Shown here piece by piece: positions 41,764 through 54,789 of a DNA stretch of 64,000 bases (its first letter is position 1; every line of letters starts with the position of its first letter). A program made the translations under genes and the position numbers. This stretch comes from Antedon mediterranea (lineage: Eukaryota; Animalia; Echinodermata). The notes beneath the pieces are model-generated. The model did not search any database and had not been told where the DNA came from. It saw only the letters and a list, made by a program, of their open reading frames with translations. The stretch covers positions 23,547,175 through 23,611,174 of the forward strand of contig NC_092677.1 of assembly GCF_964355755.1 (NCBI RefSeq), given 5' to 3'.

Positions 41764-43055
41764 TAATATTTTTTTCCATTTTATTATCTTTTTTAGTACT
41801 TAAAAACAACTTATGAATCACAGAACTTTCTGTTATGTCTCTCAGTTAGAGGATCACACCTTTATCTTCTATTAATCTAAATAAGTACATCGATTTAAAT
41901 ATTTTTTGAAACATTATAATTATGTCTTTAGGTTACAATATTTGGGAAATCATACAATGTTACACGCAGCCCGTTTGTTTAAGTTGATATAACCTGTTTA
42001 CTATCCTATAATATTAGAAATACTCTGAAATATAATCTTAATCTTCATTTAAAACTCTATATATGTTTGTTTTTTTTAATTTTACCCATTATATTTTTTA
42101 ACTACATGTGTTTCTTTCCTCTTTTATTTCCTTTCTTGCAGTATAAAAATATGTTAATTATTGGTTGTATGTTCGTTGCTACTCTGTATTTCTCTATAAC
42201 TTGTAGAAATAACTGTTTAATATTTGTTTTTTATTTGGTTACCCTACTAAATATAATGTGTTACCAGGAAAGAGAGTTCACTCATCCCTGGTGTAACTAT
42301 GTGAGTACCAATAAATTAAATCAATTCGTTTCTTTCTTGCCGTGGTACTTTGAAAAGTATACTGTATTTTTCTATTGCTGTATTTAGAATTAAAAACCAA
42401 TGGGCAATTTAAAACGAATGGCTTATATAGTCAACGGGAACCACGGCCGGTTACACACCCACAGTATTATTGTGTTCACATCACAATATCAATTCAATCG
42501 GAAACGCCTTTCTTTTATGAAATATACAACTGGAATATCTTTGCTATTACTGGTATTTTGGGCGTTATAAGTAACAAATGATTGATAGAAGTTATTGCTG
42601 TACATTATAAATTACGCAATTAAAAAAAAATGTAGGCCTATTCGGTACAAATGTTTCTTTTTCAAAATGCAGTTAATTTAACATTAATTGTTCTAGAAAT
42701 CATTAGAAAGATTGTGATTGAAAATTTTATTCCAATCCGTGCAGAGTGTATTAAAGAATAAATATGGTAATTGTACTCACATTTAATGGGAGTCAAAATA
42801 ATATGCGAAAATACATGACACGAACGAATCTACAATTTATTCTCCCTAAGAGTTATCTAAGTACAATTATACCTTTAAAACGCAGAGTAAAAAAGAAACA
42901 AAACAAACGAATTATGATAGGTAATAACATAAATTTATTAAATAAAAATCACTGGTTAAAACTATAATTTATATACTATTATTTACATGACGTCATTCAG
43001 GTCGTACAATGTTTACGTTAGCCTATGAACTATTAAAAACGTTCTCAAAGTTTAA

Positions 43056-43767
43056 TCAGCAAGTTCTATGAGTATGTAAAAATAAGTTGTTATTATAAGA
43101 CACGTGATTAGATGCTGGCTGGAGTTTGGTAGTCAGTTGATAGCTGGTGACGACGTCTGTCCAGTAGTCTGGTGAGATGCTTGAGAAGTTGTAGTTGAAG
43201 ACCTCACTCCATTCCATTTCTTTATCATTGTTCTTTGTACCTTCTTCGTTTTGTGTGATGGATTCAGATTCGTCTAACATGGCTGTAAAAGATAATCAAA
43301 TTATTTAATATAAATATATAAAAATGTAACGACAACGTGATTAAAAGAATTTTATGAAAGACATTATTACATTATAATAATGTTCGTCCTTCTATTAGTA
43401 TTTTAAACTTTAGAAAATCTTTTAGTATGATAAACACACAACAGTACTTACAAGGACATCCCATTTGAAGCTCACGTAATAAATCGGCATCACTGTCGTC
43501 ACTGGTCTCACGGTCGCTATCACTGGTATAGTCGTCATCGCTGACCTCACATTCGGGAGACTCACACACTGGCGTTGTAGAATCACTTGGTAGATGTGGA
43601 AAGTAGATTCTGAGATTTGAATCCATTTCAGTTTGTAGAAGATCTTCTCTTGACAAATACGGTAGTGGACTGTCATCTTCTTCGATGTCATCATGGAAGG
43701 TTGTAGAATACATTTCATACCACGGGAGTCTGTTATAGTCACCAATTGAAGATGTTCCAGGATTCAT
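43056..43767 (-). CDS. Acidic orphan protein, copy 4 (180 aa, lacks DVLMTCD); exons 43767-43452 and 43282-43056
   Basis: In-frame 21-bp deletion; splice sites intact. Confidence 0.8.
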
Positions 43768-43999
43768 TGTGGTATTACGGATTAATTGCAGAATACGTAA
43801 AACTTGACGTAATTAAGCAGATCGTTGGTTCAGATATTTACGTTATAGCAGTTGAATGTCTATTGAGAAATTGATGACAATTCTACAAATCACTTGTTTT
43901 TATCACGTGGGTTTACTTTCCCTATTGTTTTAATTATTATTTGTTAGCCAATCAAAATGTGTTAAAATTCGCGGTTCCGTCGTAAATCGGTGGCGGCAT

Positions 44000-44305
44000 C
44001 AATCAATCAATCAATCGTTCGATTTATATAGCGCCATTCCAACATTCATTGCTCATGGCGCTGTAGACAAAATCAGAAAAGGTGAGTTTTGAGTAGTGAC
44101 TTAAAGTGACTCAATAACGATGTGTGTTTAATGTTCAAGGGTAGGTGGTTCCAGAGCCTAGGTCCAGCAACACTGAAAGTCCGATCTCTCCAACTATGTT
44201 TGCTCCTTGGAATGTCCAGTAGCACCTGATGACTAGATCTTAGTTCTCGCTTTCCCTTCTTGACTGTCAACAATTCTGAGACATATTTTGGAGCGTAACT
44301 ATTTA
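44000..44305 (-). mobile_element. 5'-truncated L2/CR1-group LINE with (TTGA)n tail
   Basis: ORF2 C-terminus ...RTFSVAGPRLWNHLP...FKSLLKTHLF*; GGCAT TSD at 43995-43999 and 44306-44310; absent from other units. Confidence 0.9.
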
Positions 44306-44932
44306 GGCATGACGTTTGATGATTGATAACGCTGCTTTAACAATAGAGACATTATTTAAAACTATAAATACGAGCTAATTATTATATCAAAAAATTAAGA
44401 TTAAAATAATTAGAAACGTCATAATATTTTAATCCTATACAATATGATGGAATAAGTAAAAACTGTTGAATATATTTAGGTATATTTTTAAAATAAAATT
44501 TGATAAAATAATTTTTGTTCTTCCATTACTTGAAATCAGTTTAAATGAAATATTTTGAATACATTAACTTTATATTTTCGATTAAATCTTAAAAATTTGT
44601 GAAATTATAGGCCTACAATGTTATTATTAAGAAGCTATATCTGATGCAGCCCATATCAGTTATAAGTTAAATTATCTTTTAAAAAATGCAATTAATTTAA
44701 CACTATCATATTTTCTAAAAAAATAATAGTGAAGATTGAACTAGTTTAGTTTTTATTCACCCTAAGTTCTTATAGAACTAAAATAAATGTACAAGCTCTT
44801 AATTTGAGTGCATTTAAGTAGCAAGAAGATACAATATAATAGGTTCACTTAACTAAAGTAATTGTTTGAACCATTTAAGCCTATTAAAATTGAAAAAAAC
44901 TTTGGGCAATTAAAACATTCGTAGTTTGTGAA

Positions 44933-45005
44933 GCCCGGTTAGCTCAGTTGGTAGAGCATCAGACTTTTAATCTGAGGGTCAAGGGTTCAAGTCCCTTATT
45001 GGGCG
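44933..45005 (+). tRNA. tRNA-Lys(UUU)
   Basis: Intact 73-nt copy. Confidence 0.93.
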
Positions 45006-46334
45006 TAATGTTTTTTACATTTTATTATCTTTTTTAGTACTTAAAAACAACTTATGAATCACAGAACTTTCTGTTATGTCTCTCAGTTAGAGGATCAAAC
45101 CTTTGTCTTCTATTAATCTAAATAAGTACATCGATTTAAATATTTTTTGAAACATTATAATTATGTCTTTAGGTTAAAATATTTGGAAAATCATACAATG
45201 TTACACGCAGCCCGTTTGTTTAAGTTGATATAACCTGTTTACTATCCTATAATATTAGAAATACTCTGAAATATAATCTTTTAAGTACATTCATGATTAC
45301 TTGTACATTCATTTAAAACTTTATATATGTTTGTTTTTTTTTAATTTTACCCATTGTATTTTTTAACTACATGTGTTTCTTTCCACTTTTATTTCCTTTC
45401 TTGCAGTATAAAAATATGTTAATTATTGGTTGTATGTTCGTTGCTACTCTGTATTTCTCTATAACTTGTAGAAATAACTGTTTAATATTTGTTTTTTAAT
45501 TTGGTTACCCTACTAAATAAAATGTGTTACCAGGAAAGAGTGTTCACTCATCCCTGGTGTTACTATGTCAGTACCAATAAATGAAATCAATTCGTTTCTT
45601 TCTTGCCGTGGTACTTTGAAAAGTATACTGTATTTTTCTATTGCTGTATTTAGAATTAAAAACCAATGGGCAATTTAAAACGAATGGCTTATGTAGTCAA
45701 CGGGAACCACGGCCGGTTACACACCCACAGTATTATTGTGTTCACATCACAATATCAATACAATTCAATCGGAAACGCCTTTCTTTTATGAAATATACAA
45801 CTGGAATATCTATGCTATTACTGTTATTTTGGGCCTTATAAGTAACAAATGATTGGTAGAAGTTATTGCTGTACATTATAAATTAAGCAATTTAAAAAAA
45901 AATGTAGGCCTATTTGGTACAAATGTTTCTTTTTCAAAATGCAGTTAATTTAACATTATAATTGTTCTAGAAATCATTAGAAAGATTGTGATTGAAAATT
46001 TTATTCCAATCCGTGCAGAGTGTATTAAAGAATAAATATGGTAATTGTACTCACATTTAATGAGAGTCAAAATAATATGCGAAAATACATGACACGAACG
46101 AATCTACAATTTATTCTCCCTAAGAGTTATCTAAGTACAATTATACCTTTAAAACGCAGAGTAAAAAAGAAACAAAACAAACGAATTATGATAGGTAATA
46201 ACATAAATTTATTAAATAAAAATCACTGGTTAAAACTATAATTTATATACTGTACTATTATTTACATGACGTCATTCAGGTCGTACAATGTTTACGTTAG
46301 CCTATGAACTATTAAAAACGTTCTCAAAGTTTAA

Positions 46335-47046
46335 TCAGCAAGTTCTATGAGTATGTAAAAATAAGTTGTTATTATAAGACACGTGATTAGATGCTGGCTG
46401 GAGTTTGGTAGTCAGTTGATAGCTGGTGACGACGTCTGTCCAGTAGTCTGGTGAGATGCTTGAGAAGTTGTAGTTGAAGACCTCACTCCATTCCATTTCT
46501 TGATCATTGTTCTTTGTACCTTCTTCGTTTTGTGTGATGGATTCAGATTCGTCTAACATGGCTGTAAAAGATAATCAAATTATTTAATATAAATATATAA
46601 AAATGTAACGACAACGTGATTAAAAGAATTTTATGAAAGACATTATTACATTATAATAATGTTCGTCCTTCTATTAGTATTTTAAACTTTAGAGAAACTT
46701 TTAGTATGATAAACACACAACAGTACTTACATGGACATCCCATTTGAAGCTCACGTAATAAATCGGCATCACTGTCGTCACTGGTCTCACGGTCGCTATC
46801 ACTGGTATAGTCGTCATCGCTGACCTCACATTCGGGAGACTCACACACTGGCGTTGTAGAATCACTTGGTAGATGTGGAAAGTAGATTCTGAGATTTGAA
46901 TCCATTTCAGTTTGTAGAAGATCTTCTCTTGACAAATACGGTAGTGGACTGTCATCTTCTTCGATGTCATCATGGAAGGTTGTAGAATACATTTCATACC
47001 ACGGGAGTCTGTTATAGTCACCAATTGAAGATGTTTCAGGATTCAT
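46335..47046 (-). CDS. Acidic orphan protein, copy 5 (180 aa); exons 47046-46731 and 46561-46335
   Basis: Same structure as copy 4. Confidence 0.8.
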
Positions 47047-47278
47047 TGTGGTATTACGGATTAATTGCAGAATACGTAAAACTTGACGTAATTAAGCAGA
47101 TCGTTGGTTCAGATATTTACGTTATAGCAGTTGAATGTCTATTGAGAAATTGATGACAATTCTACAAATCACTTGTTTTTATCACGTGGGTTTACTTTCC
47201 CTATTGTTTTAATTATTATTTGTTAGCCAATCAAAATGTGTGAAAATTCGCGTTTCCGTCGTAAATCGGTGGCGGCAT

Positions 47279-47584
47279 CAATCAATCAATCAATCGTTCG
47301 ATTTATATAGCGCCATTCCAACATTCATTGCTCATGGCACTGTAGACAAAATCAGAAAAGGTGAGTTTTGAGTAGTGACTTAAAGTGACTCAATAACGAT
47401 GTGTGTTTAATGTTCAAAGATAGGTGGTTCCAGAGCCTAGGTCCAGCAACACTGAAAGTCCGATCTCCCCAACTATGTTTGCTCCTTGGAATGTCCAGTA
47501 GCACCTGATGACTAGATCTTAGTTCTCGCTTTTCCTTCTTGACTGTCAACAATTCTGAGAGATATTTTGGAGCGCAACTATTTA
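47279..47584 (-). mobile_element. Duplicate of the 306-bp L2-like LINE insertion
   Basis: Same breakpoints and GGCAT TSD as 44000-44305. Confidence 0.9.
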
Positions 47585-48170
47585 GGCATGACGTTTGATG
47601 ATTGATAACGCCGCTTTAACAATAGAGACATTATTTAAAACTATAAATACGAGCTAAATATTATATCAAAAAATTAAGATTAAAATAATTAGAAACGTCA
47701 TAATATTTTAATCCTATACAATATGATGGAATAAGTAAAAACTGTTGAATATATTTAGGCCTATTTGTAAAATAAAATTTGATAAAATAATTTTTGTTCT
47801 TCCATTACTTGAAATCAGTTTAAATGAAATATTTTGAATACATTAACTTTATATCTTCGATTAAATCTTAAAAATTTGCGAAATTATAGGCCTACAATGT
47901 TATTATTATGAAGCTATATCTGATGCAGCCCATATCAGTTATAAGTTAAATTATCTTTTAAAAAATGCAATTAATTTAAAACTTTTATATTTTCTAAAAA
48001 AATAATAGTGAAGATTGAACTAGTTTAGTGTTTATTCACCCTAAGTTCTTATAGAACTAAAATAAATGTACAAGCTCTTAATTTGAGTACCTTTAAGTAG
48101 CAAGAATATACAGTATAATAGGTTCACAGTAACCTAACTTTTGGAAATGAAACAATTGTAAGCACATGAA

Positions 48171-48243
48171 GCCCGGTTAGCTCAGTTGGTAGAGCATCAG
48201 ACTTATAATCTGAGGGTCATGGGTTCGAATCCCTTATTGGGCG
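48171..48243 (+). tRNA. tRNA-Lys-derived gene with TAT (Ile-type, UAU) anticodon
   Basis: Loop CT-TAT-AA (anticodon 48204-48206), B box GGTTCGAATCC, one T-stem mismatch. Confidence 0.75.
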
Positions 48244-49528
48244 TAATAATTTTTTCCATTTTATTATCTTTTTTAGTACTTAAAAACAACTTATGAATAA
48301 GAGAACATTCTGTTATGCTGCTCAGTTAGAGGATGAAACCTTTGTCTTCTATTAATCTAAATAAGTACATCGATTTAAATATTTTTAGAAACATTATAAT
48401 TATGTCTTTAGGTTAAAATATTTGGAAAATCATACAATGTTTGTTTAAGTTGATATAACCTGTTTACTATTCTATAATATTAGAAATCTAAAATATAATC
48501 TTTTAAGTACATTCATGATTACTTGTACATTCATTTAAAACTTTATATATGTTTGTTTTTTAATTTTACCCATTTTTAACTACATGTGTTTCTTTCCACT
48601 TTTATTTCCTTTCTTGCAGTATAAAAATATGTTAATTATTGGTTGTATGTTTGTTGATACTCTGTATTTCTTTATAATTTTCTAGAAATAGGCCTAAATG
48701 TTTAATATTTGTTTTTTAATTTGGTTATCACACTAAATATAGTGTGTTACCAGGAAAGAGTGTTCACTCATCCCTGGTGTTACTATGTCAGTACCAATAA
48801 ATGAAATCAATTCGTTTCTTTCTTGCCGTGCTACTTTGAAAAGTATACTGTATTTTACTATTGCTGTATTTAGAATTAAAAACCAATTAAAACGAATGGC
48901 TTATGTAGTCAACGGGAACCACGGCCGGTTACACACCCACAGTATTATTGTGTTCACATCACAATATCAAAACAATTCAATCGGAAACGCCTTGCTTTTA
49001 TAAAATATACAACTGGAATATCTATGCTATTACTGTTATTTTGGGCGTTTTAGTATCAAATGATTGATAGAAGTTATTGCTGTACATTATAAATTACGCA
49101 ATTTAAAAAAAAAGTAGGCCTTTTTGGTACAAATGTTTCTTTTTCAAAATGCAGTTAATTTAACATTATAATTTTTCTAGAAATCAATAAAAGGATTGTG
49201 ATTGAACATTTTATTCCTATCCGTGCAGAGTGTATTTAAGAATAAACATGGTGATTGTGCCCACATTTAATGGGAGTCAAGATAATATGCGACAATACAG
49301 GACACGAACAAATCTACAATTTAATGTCCCTAAGAGTTATTTAAGTACAATTATACATTTAAAACGCAGAGTAAAAAAGAAACAAAACAAACGAATTATG
49401 ATAGGTAATAAAATAAATTTATTAAATAAAAATCACTGGTCTTATATACTTTATAATTTTACTATTATTTACATGACTTCATTCAGGTACTTCAATGTTA
49501 CGTTAGCTATGAACAAATAAAAGTTTAA

Positions 49529-50214
49529 TCAGCAAGTTCTATGAATATGTAAATATAAATTGTTATTATAAGACACGTGATTAGATGCTGACTGGAATTT
49601 GGTAGTCGTTTGATAACTGGTGACGTCTGTCCAGTAGTCTGGTGAGATGCTTAAGAACTTGAAGACCTCATTGCATTCCATTTCTTGATCAATAGCACCT
49701 TCTTCGTTTTGTGTAATGAGAATTTGAGAATCATCTAACATGGCTGAAAAAGAAAAACAAATACTGTATTATAAATAAAAACAAAGTATCTTTCAGTAAT
49801 TTCTGATTAAAAATGAATACATTCTAACATTTTAAGATAAATTTCAAAAAATATCTAAACACTAGAAAAGTACTTACAAGGACATCCCATTTGAAGCTCG
49901 CGTAATAAATCGGCATCACTGTCGTCACTGGTCTCACGGTCGCTATCACTGGTATAGTCGTCATCGCTGACCTCACATTCGTCACATGTCATTAACACAT
50001 CGGGAGACTCACACACTGACGTTATTGAATCACTTGGTAGATGTGGAAAGTAGATTCTAAGATCTGAATCCATCTCAGTTTGTAGAAGATCTTCTCTTGA
50101 CAAATACGGTAGTGGACTGTCATCTTCTTCGATGTCATCTTGGAAGGTTGTAGAATACATTTCATACCACTGGAGTCTTTCATGGCAACCAATTGAAGAT
50201 GTTCCTGTATTCAT
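49529..50214 (-). CDS. Acidic orphan protein, copy 6 (183 aa, divergent); exons 50214-49878 and 49743-49529
   Basis: Different intron sequence but the same splice phase; internal indels relative to copy 2 are in frame. Confidence 0.8.
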
Positions 50215-50936
50215 TGTAGTATTTACTGGTTAATTGCACAATACGTAAAACCTATCGTAATTATGCAGATCGTTGAGATTTTTACGTTATAGCAGTTGAA
50301 GGTCTAATGACAAATTGATAAAAGCTCCACATAACACTTGTTTTTATCACGTGGAGGTCCTTTACGCTTGTGTTTTATCCTAATGTGTTAGCCAATCAAA
50401 ATGTGTGAAAATGCGCGGTTTCCTAAATCGGCCGCGGCATGACGTTTGATGATTGATAACGCCGCTTTAACAATAGAGATATTATTTTACTATAAATACG
50501 AGATAATTATTATATCAAAGAATGAAAAGTTTAAAATAAATAATAATAATAATATTTTAATCCTATACAATGATGGAATAAGTAAAAACTTTTGAATATA
50601 TAGGCCTATTTTTAAAATATAATAAAATAAATGTTTTTCTTTCATTACTTGAAATAAGCGCATCAATTTAAATGAAACATTTTGACTACATGTCTTGACG
50701 TTAAATCTTGAAATTTAAAAAAATAATAGTGAAGATTGAACTAGTTTAGTGTTTATTCATTTTAAGTTCTTATAGAACTAAAATAAATGTACAAGCTCTT
50801 AATTTGAGTGCATTTAAGTAGCAAGAATATACAATAATATAATAGGTTCACAGTAACTAAAGTAATTGTTTGAACCATTTAAGCCTATTAAAATTTAAAA
50901 AAACTTTGGGCAATGAAAACATTGGTAGTTCATGAA

Positions 50937-51009
50937 GCCCGGTTAGCTCAGTTGGTAGAGCATCAGACTTTTAATCTGAGGGTCAAGGGTTCAAGTCCCT
51001 TATTGGGCG
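50937..51009 (+). tRNA. tRNA-Lys(UUU)
   Basis: Intact 73-nt copy. Confidence 0.93.
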
Positions 51010-51111
51010 TATTCGTTTTTTGCTTCCAGTATCTTTCATGTCAATTTTATACTTTAGGCCAATTGAAATAAAAAACAACTTCTAAGAATGAGAACAAGGT
51101 ATTTTTATGAA

Positions 51112-51184
51112 GCCCGGTTAGCTCAGTTGGTAGAGCATCAGACTTTTAATCTGAGGGTCAAGGGTTCAATTCCCTTATTGGGCG
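51112..51184 (+). tRNA. tRNA-Lys(UUU), T-loop variant TTCAATT
   Basis: 73-nt cloverleaf with T-run terminator. Confidence 0.9.
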
Positions 51185-51377
51185 TAATGTTTTTTACATT
51201 TTATTATCTCTTTTTTAGTACTTAAAAAAAACTTATGCGTCACAGAACTTTCTGTTATGTCGCTCAGTTTGTAGAGGATCAAACCCTTTTCTTCTATTAA
51301 TCTAAATACGTACGGATTTAAATATTTTTTAATACATTATATATATATATATATATTTAATATATTATATATTATTA

Positions 51378-51478
51378 TTGTCATCTTCTTCGATATCATC
51401 TTGGAACGTTGTAGAAGAATACATTTCATACCACTGGAGTCTTTCATGGTAACCAATTGAAGATGTTCCAGGATTCAT
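51378..51478 (-). pseudogene. Truncated copy 7 of the acidic orphan gene
   Basis: MNPGTSSIGYHERLQWYEMYSSTTFQDDIEEDD breaks off at an (AT)n tract; the promoter block is retained to ~51745. Confidence 0.85.
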
Positions 51479-54400
51479 TGTAGTATGACGGATTAATTGC
51501 AGAATACGTAAAACTTGACGTAATTAAGCAGATCGTTGGTTCAGATATTTACGTTATAGCAGTTGAATGTATATTGACAAATTGATGACAACTCCACAAA
51601 TAATTTGTTTTTATCACGTGGGTTTACTTTTCCTATTGTTTTAATCATTATTTGTTAGCCAATCAAAATGTGTGAAAATTCGCGGTTCCAAAATCGGTCG
51701 CGGTATGACATTTGATGATTGATAACGCCGCTTTAACAATAGAAATATAAAACAATAGGCCTTTGTTGTATTGCGTGAAAAACACATTATGCAATAAAAA
51801 TTAAAATATTATAGGCCTATATAATTATAAAAAGGTATTTAAGGTAAGTCTATTAGGTTTTTGTTATTTTAAAAATAGAATACTTAATATAAAAATACCA
51901 TTGTTGATAAATATAAAGTAATCCTTATTACGTCCACATGTAAGTCAGTAAATAATAGTAAGTAATTAAATGAATACATTTGCTACTAACAAATACCTAC
52001 TATTTGAAGTTACTATACAGATACTTATGGAAACTTATCTTCTAATTTTAGATATAAGTCTAATAAGTATTAATCTAAAAAAATCGCATCAGTTTAAATG
52101 AAACATTTTGAATACATTATATTTATGTCTTGATGTTAAATCTTGAAACTTATCATAGGCAATCAATGTTATTATGAAAGATATCTGTGATGCAGCCTAT
52201 ATCGGTTATCAGTTAAATTATTATTATTATTTTAAAAAAGGCAATTAATTTAACATTATTGTTTTTTTCTAAAAACGATTCAACTAGTAGTTCATGTTTT
52301 TTTCACTTTAAGAACTAAAAATATATGTAGGCCTACTTAGCTCTTATTTTGAGTGCATTTAAGTAGCAAGAATAATATATACAGTATCATATAGGTTAAA
52401 GTAATTGTTTGTACCATTTAGGCTAATTAAGATAAAAAAAGCTTTAGGAAATGAGAACATTAATTTCAATTCAACTTTAGCTGCAAAATGCCACATTCAA
52501 CAAACCTAACTCCTGCCCTGGACAGTTCAAATGTAGTAACTTTTCCTAGTACAATTCCAATCATGTTATACTTCATTACGCCAGTATTTCCGCCCCTCTT
52601 CCTCCCTCCCAACACATCCCAGATACTGGGTGATGTGGTTAAGACGTTTCTAGTACAAATTATGTTAGCCATCACTCCCAACCCATAATTCCTCAGTAGC
52701 AGTTTTCAAATGTAGTTTAAAACATTCCCAGTACAGTTTCGGCCATGGTGATAGGCCTACATCCCCATCCCCATCCACAAACTCTCAAATACTTTAACAA
52801 TTTCCTACCACATAATTCTGGTCAATTTGATACTACCCCTAACCTCTAAGCAAAATCCCCACTATCCCCTCAACCCCAACTCCCCCACCCTATCTCCCCA
52901 CCCGCTCTTCTACCAAATTTGGATCCAAGATGGCGGATGATGTTGAAATACAGTTTAGAACTTCCAGGTAAAATCAAACAACAGTCAATAATATGCTGCA
53001 ATACATGATACAACAAATCTACAATTTAATCTCCTAAGAGTTATTTAAGTACAATTATACCTTTAAAACACAGAGTAAAAATTAAACAAAACAAACGAAT
53101 TATTATAGTTAATAACATAAATTTATTAAATAAAAATCACTGGTCTTATATACTTTATAATTATACTATCAATACATGACGTCATTCAGGTACTTCAATG
53201 TTTACGGCTATGAACAATTTAAAACGTTCTCAAAGTTTAATCAGCAAAACCTAAAAGACATAGAGCTAACTTATTGATCTGTTATTTGATAACTAGGCCT
53301 AGTACTGTATAATCGTGAATGATGATATACGCGCCCGACGTTTCACTGGTTGAATTATCCATTTCTTTCTTTTTTGGGTAAAGGGCACGAGAACAGATAG
53401 CGACCGTTAGAACAGCTGTAAATAAAATGTTTTTTTAACACATTTTAGTTTGTATTTGCCCCAAGTCTCGCATCACAAGCAGTAATCAAGATACATCCTA
53501 TAAATATCATATTAACTGCTGCACTACAGATCAATATGTCGGTCGGTTCGTCGGTCGGTAAAAGTCGGAAAATCAAACGATGACTATTACAGCACAATAG
53601 ATGTCGCCTATATAGTGAAACGGTAGAACCTGAGTGTGTGACGTCACATGATAATCATAGCAGAAGGTATGTCGAGCTAAATGTTGAAGTTATGGGTGAT
53701 CAAACATTTGAACGTCGTATTAATAATGGATAATCAAAATACTCATAACATACCTATTAATTGTCTTCTTTATACCGGTCATAAGCGTAGCCGGATGAAA
53801 GGGTAAGGGGTGATGAGGGAGTAAATTTGTAAAATCAAGGTACATGCATGGTAAACTTTAAAAAGGTGCCAAGACAACTGTTACAGACTCGTATCAGATG
53901 ACTGTCAATAGTCTGTTATGATCTACAATGAGACACCTCCATAATCTTGTGGAAAGTTGATAATTATATAAAAATAGATTATTTTTAATGTTTGTTTCCA
54001 AGAATCTCGATATCCTTTCTCCTCCTGTAAAAGTAGATTGTAGGAGAAATGTGTAGCTGAGTTAATTCAGAATAGACAACTTTTGATTATTAAAAAGCAG
54101 CTACATACATTTTTTTTAGCTTACTTCATGTATGTAGATTTAACGAAAGATTAAGAATAATGAAATAAAAGATTCGCCAGAAACTTTGCCTATAATGTGT
54201 TTTAAAGTTCTTTTGTCTTTTTATAAATACTTGCTTTAACAAATTTATCGGTAGGCTTCTCTACTATTCTATTTTTTAATAGACCTATACGGGTATTTTG
54301 TAAATATAAAAAACTTTATCATTTTGTCTTAGGCCTTATGTGTTTTGAAGTTATTTTTACTATTTATAAATATTAATAAAATATAATACCAATAAATATT

Positions 54401-54654
54401 TGCTTTACCCTAGATACTACCTTTTTAAAGTACAGTAGCCTTATACGGATATTTTGTTAACATAAAAAATCTGTATCATTTTGTCCGTATTAGGACTTTA
54501 TCAAAACGAAAAAGAAAACAAAACTAATAATACTAATACAATGAAAAAGAGAAAGTTTCAAGCGAAAATTGACCTATTACGTATTGGCATTTCTGATGGA
54601 AACCATCATTAATCATCAAGTGACGTAATCTTTTCAAATACCGTATTCTAATAA

Positions 54655-54754
54655 ACAAGGCCATATACATGGCTGCAGTCGCGTGCTCAATTTAGTGTTT
54701 ACCGACCGACCAACCGACCGACATAGTGAGCTGTAGAGTCGGGTGACAAAAAAC
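54655..54754 (+). mobile_element. Helentron/DINE-like short element with (ACCG)n microsatellite
   Basis: AACAAGGCC...(accg)n...ATAGTGAGCTGTAGAGTCG...AAAAAA; second copy at 7206. Confidence 0.6.
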
Positions 54755-54789
54755 GAAAAACGTTTTTGAGGAGGCCTACAGAATAAACA

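Larger units (their letters stand above)
33100..53247. repeat. Tandem ~3.3-kb macro-repeat array: orphan gene plus tRNA-Lys cassette (6 full units and remnants)
   Basis: Gene ATGs at 34199, 37181, 40485, 43767, 47046, 50214 and 51478; units 2 and 3 are offset by 3304 bp; a 3'-flank remnant at ~52985-53247. Confidence 0.97.

Noticed and set aside
35054-51184. tRNA-Lys copies as SINE heads or retroviral primer-binding sites
   Set aside because: They are full 73-nt genes ending in Pol III T-runs, with no SINE body, LTR, gag or pol nearby.
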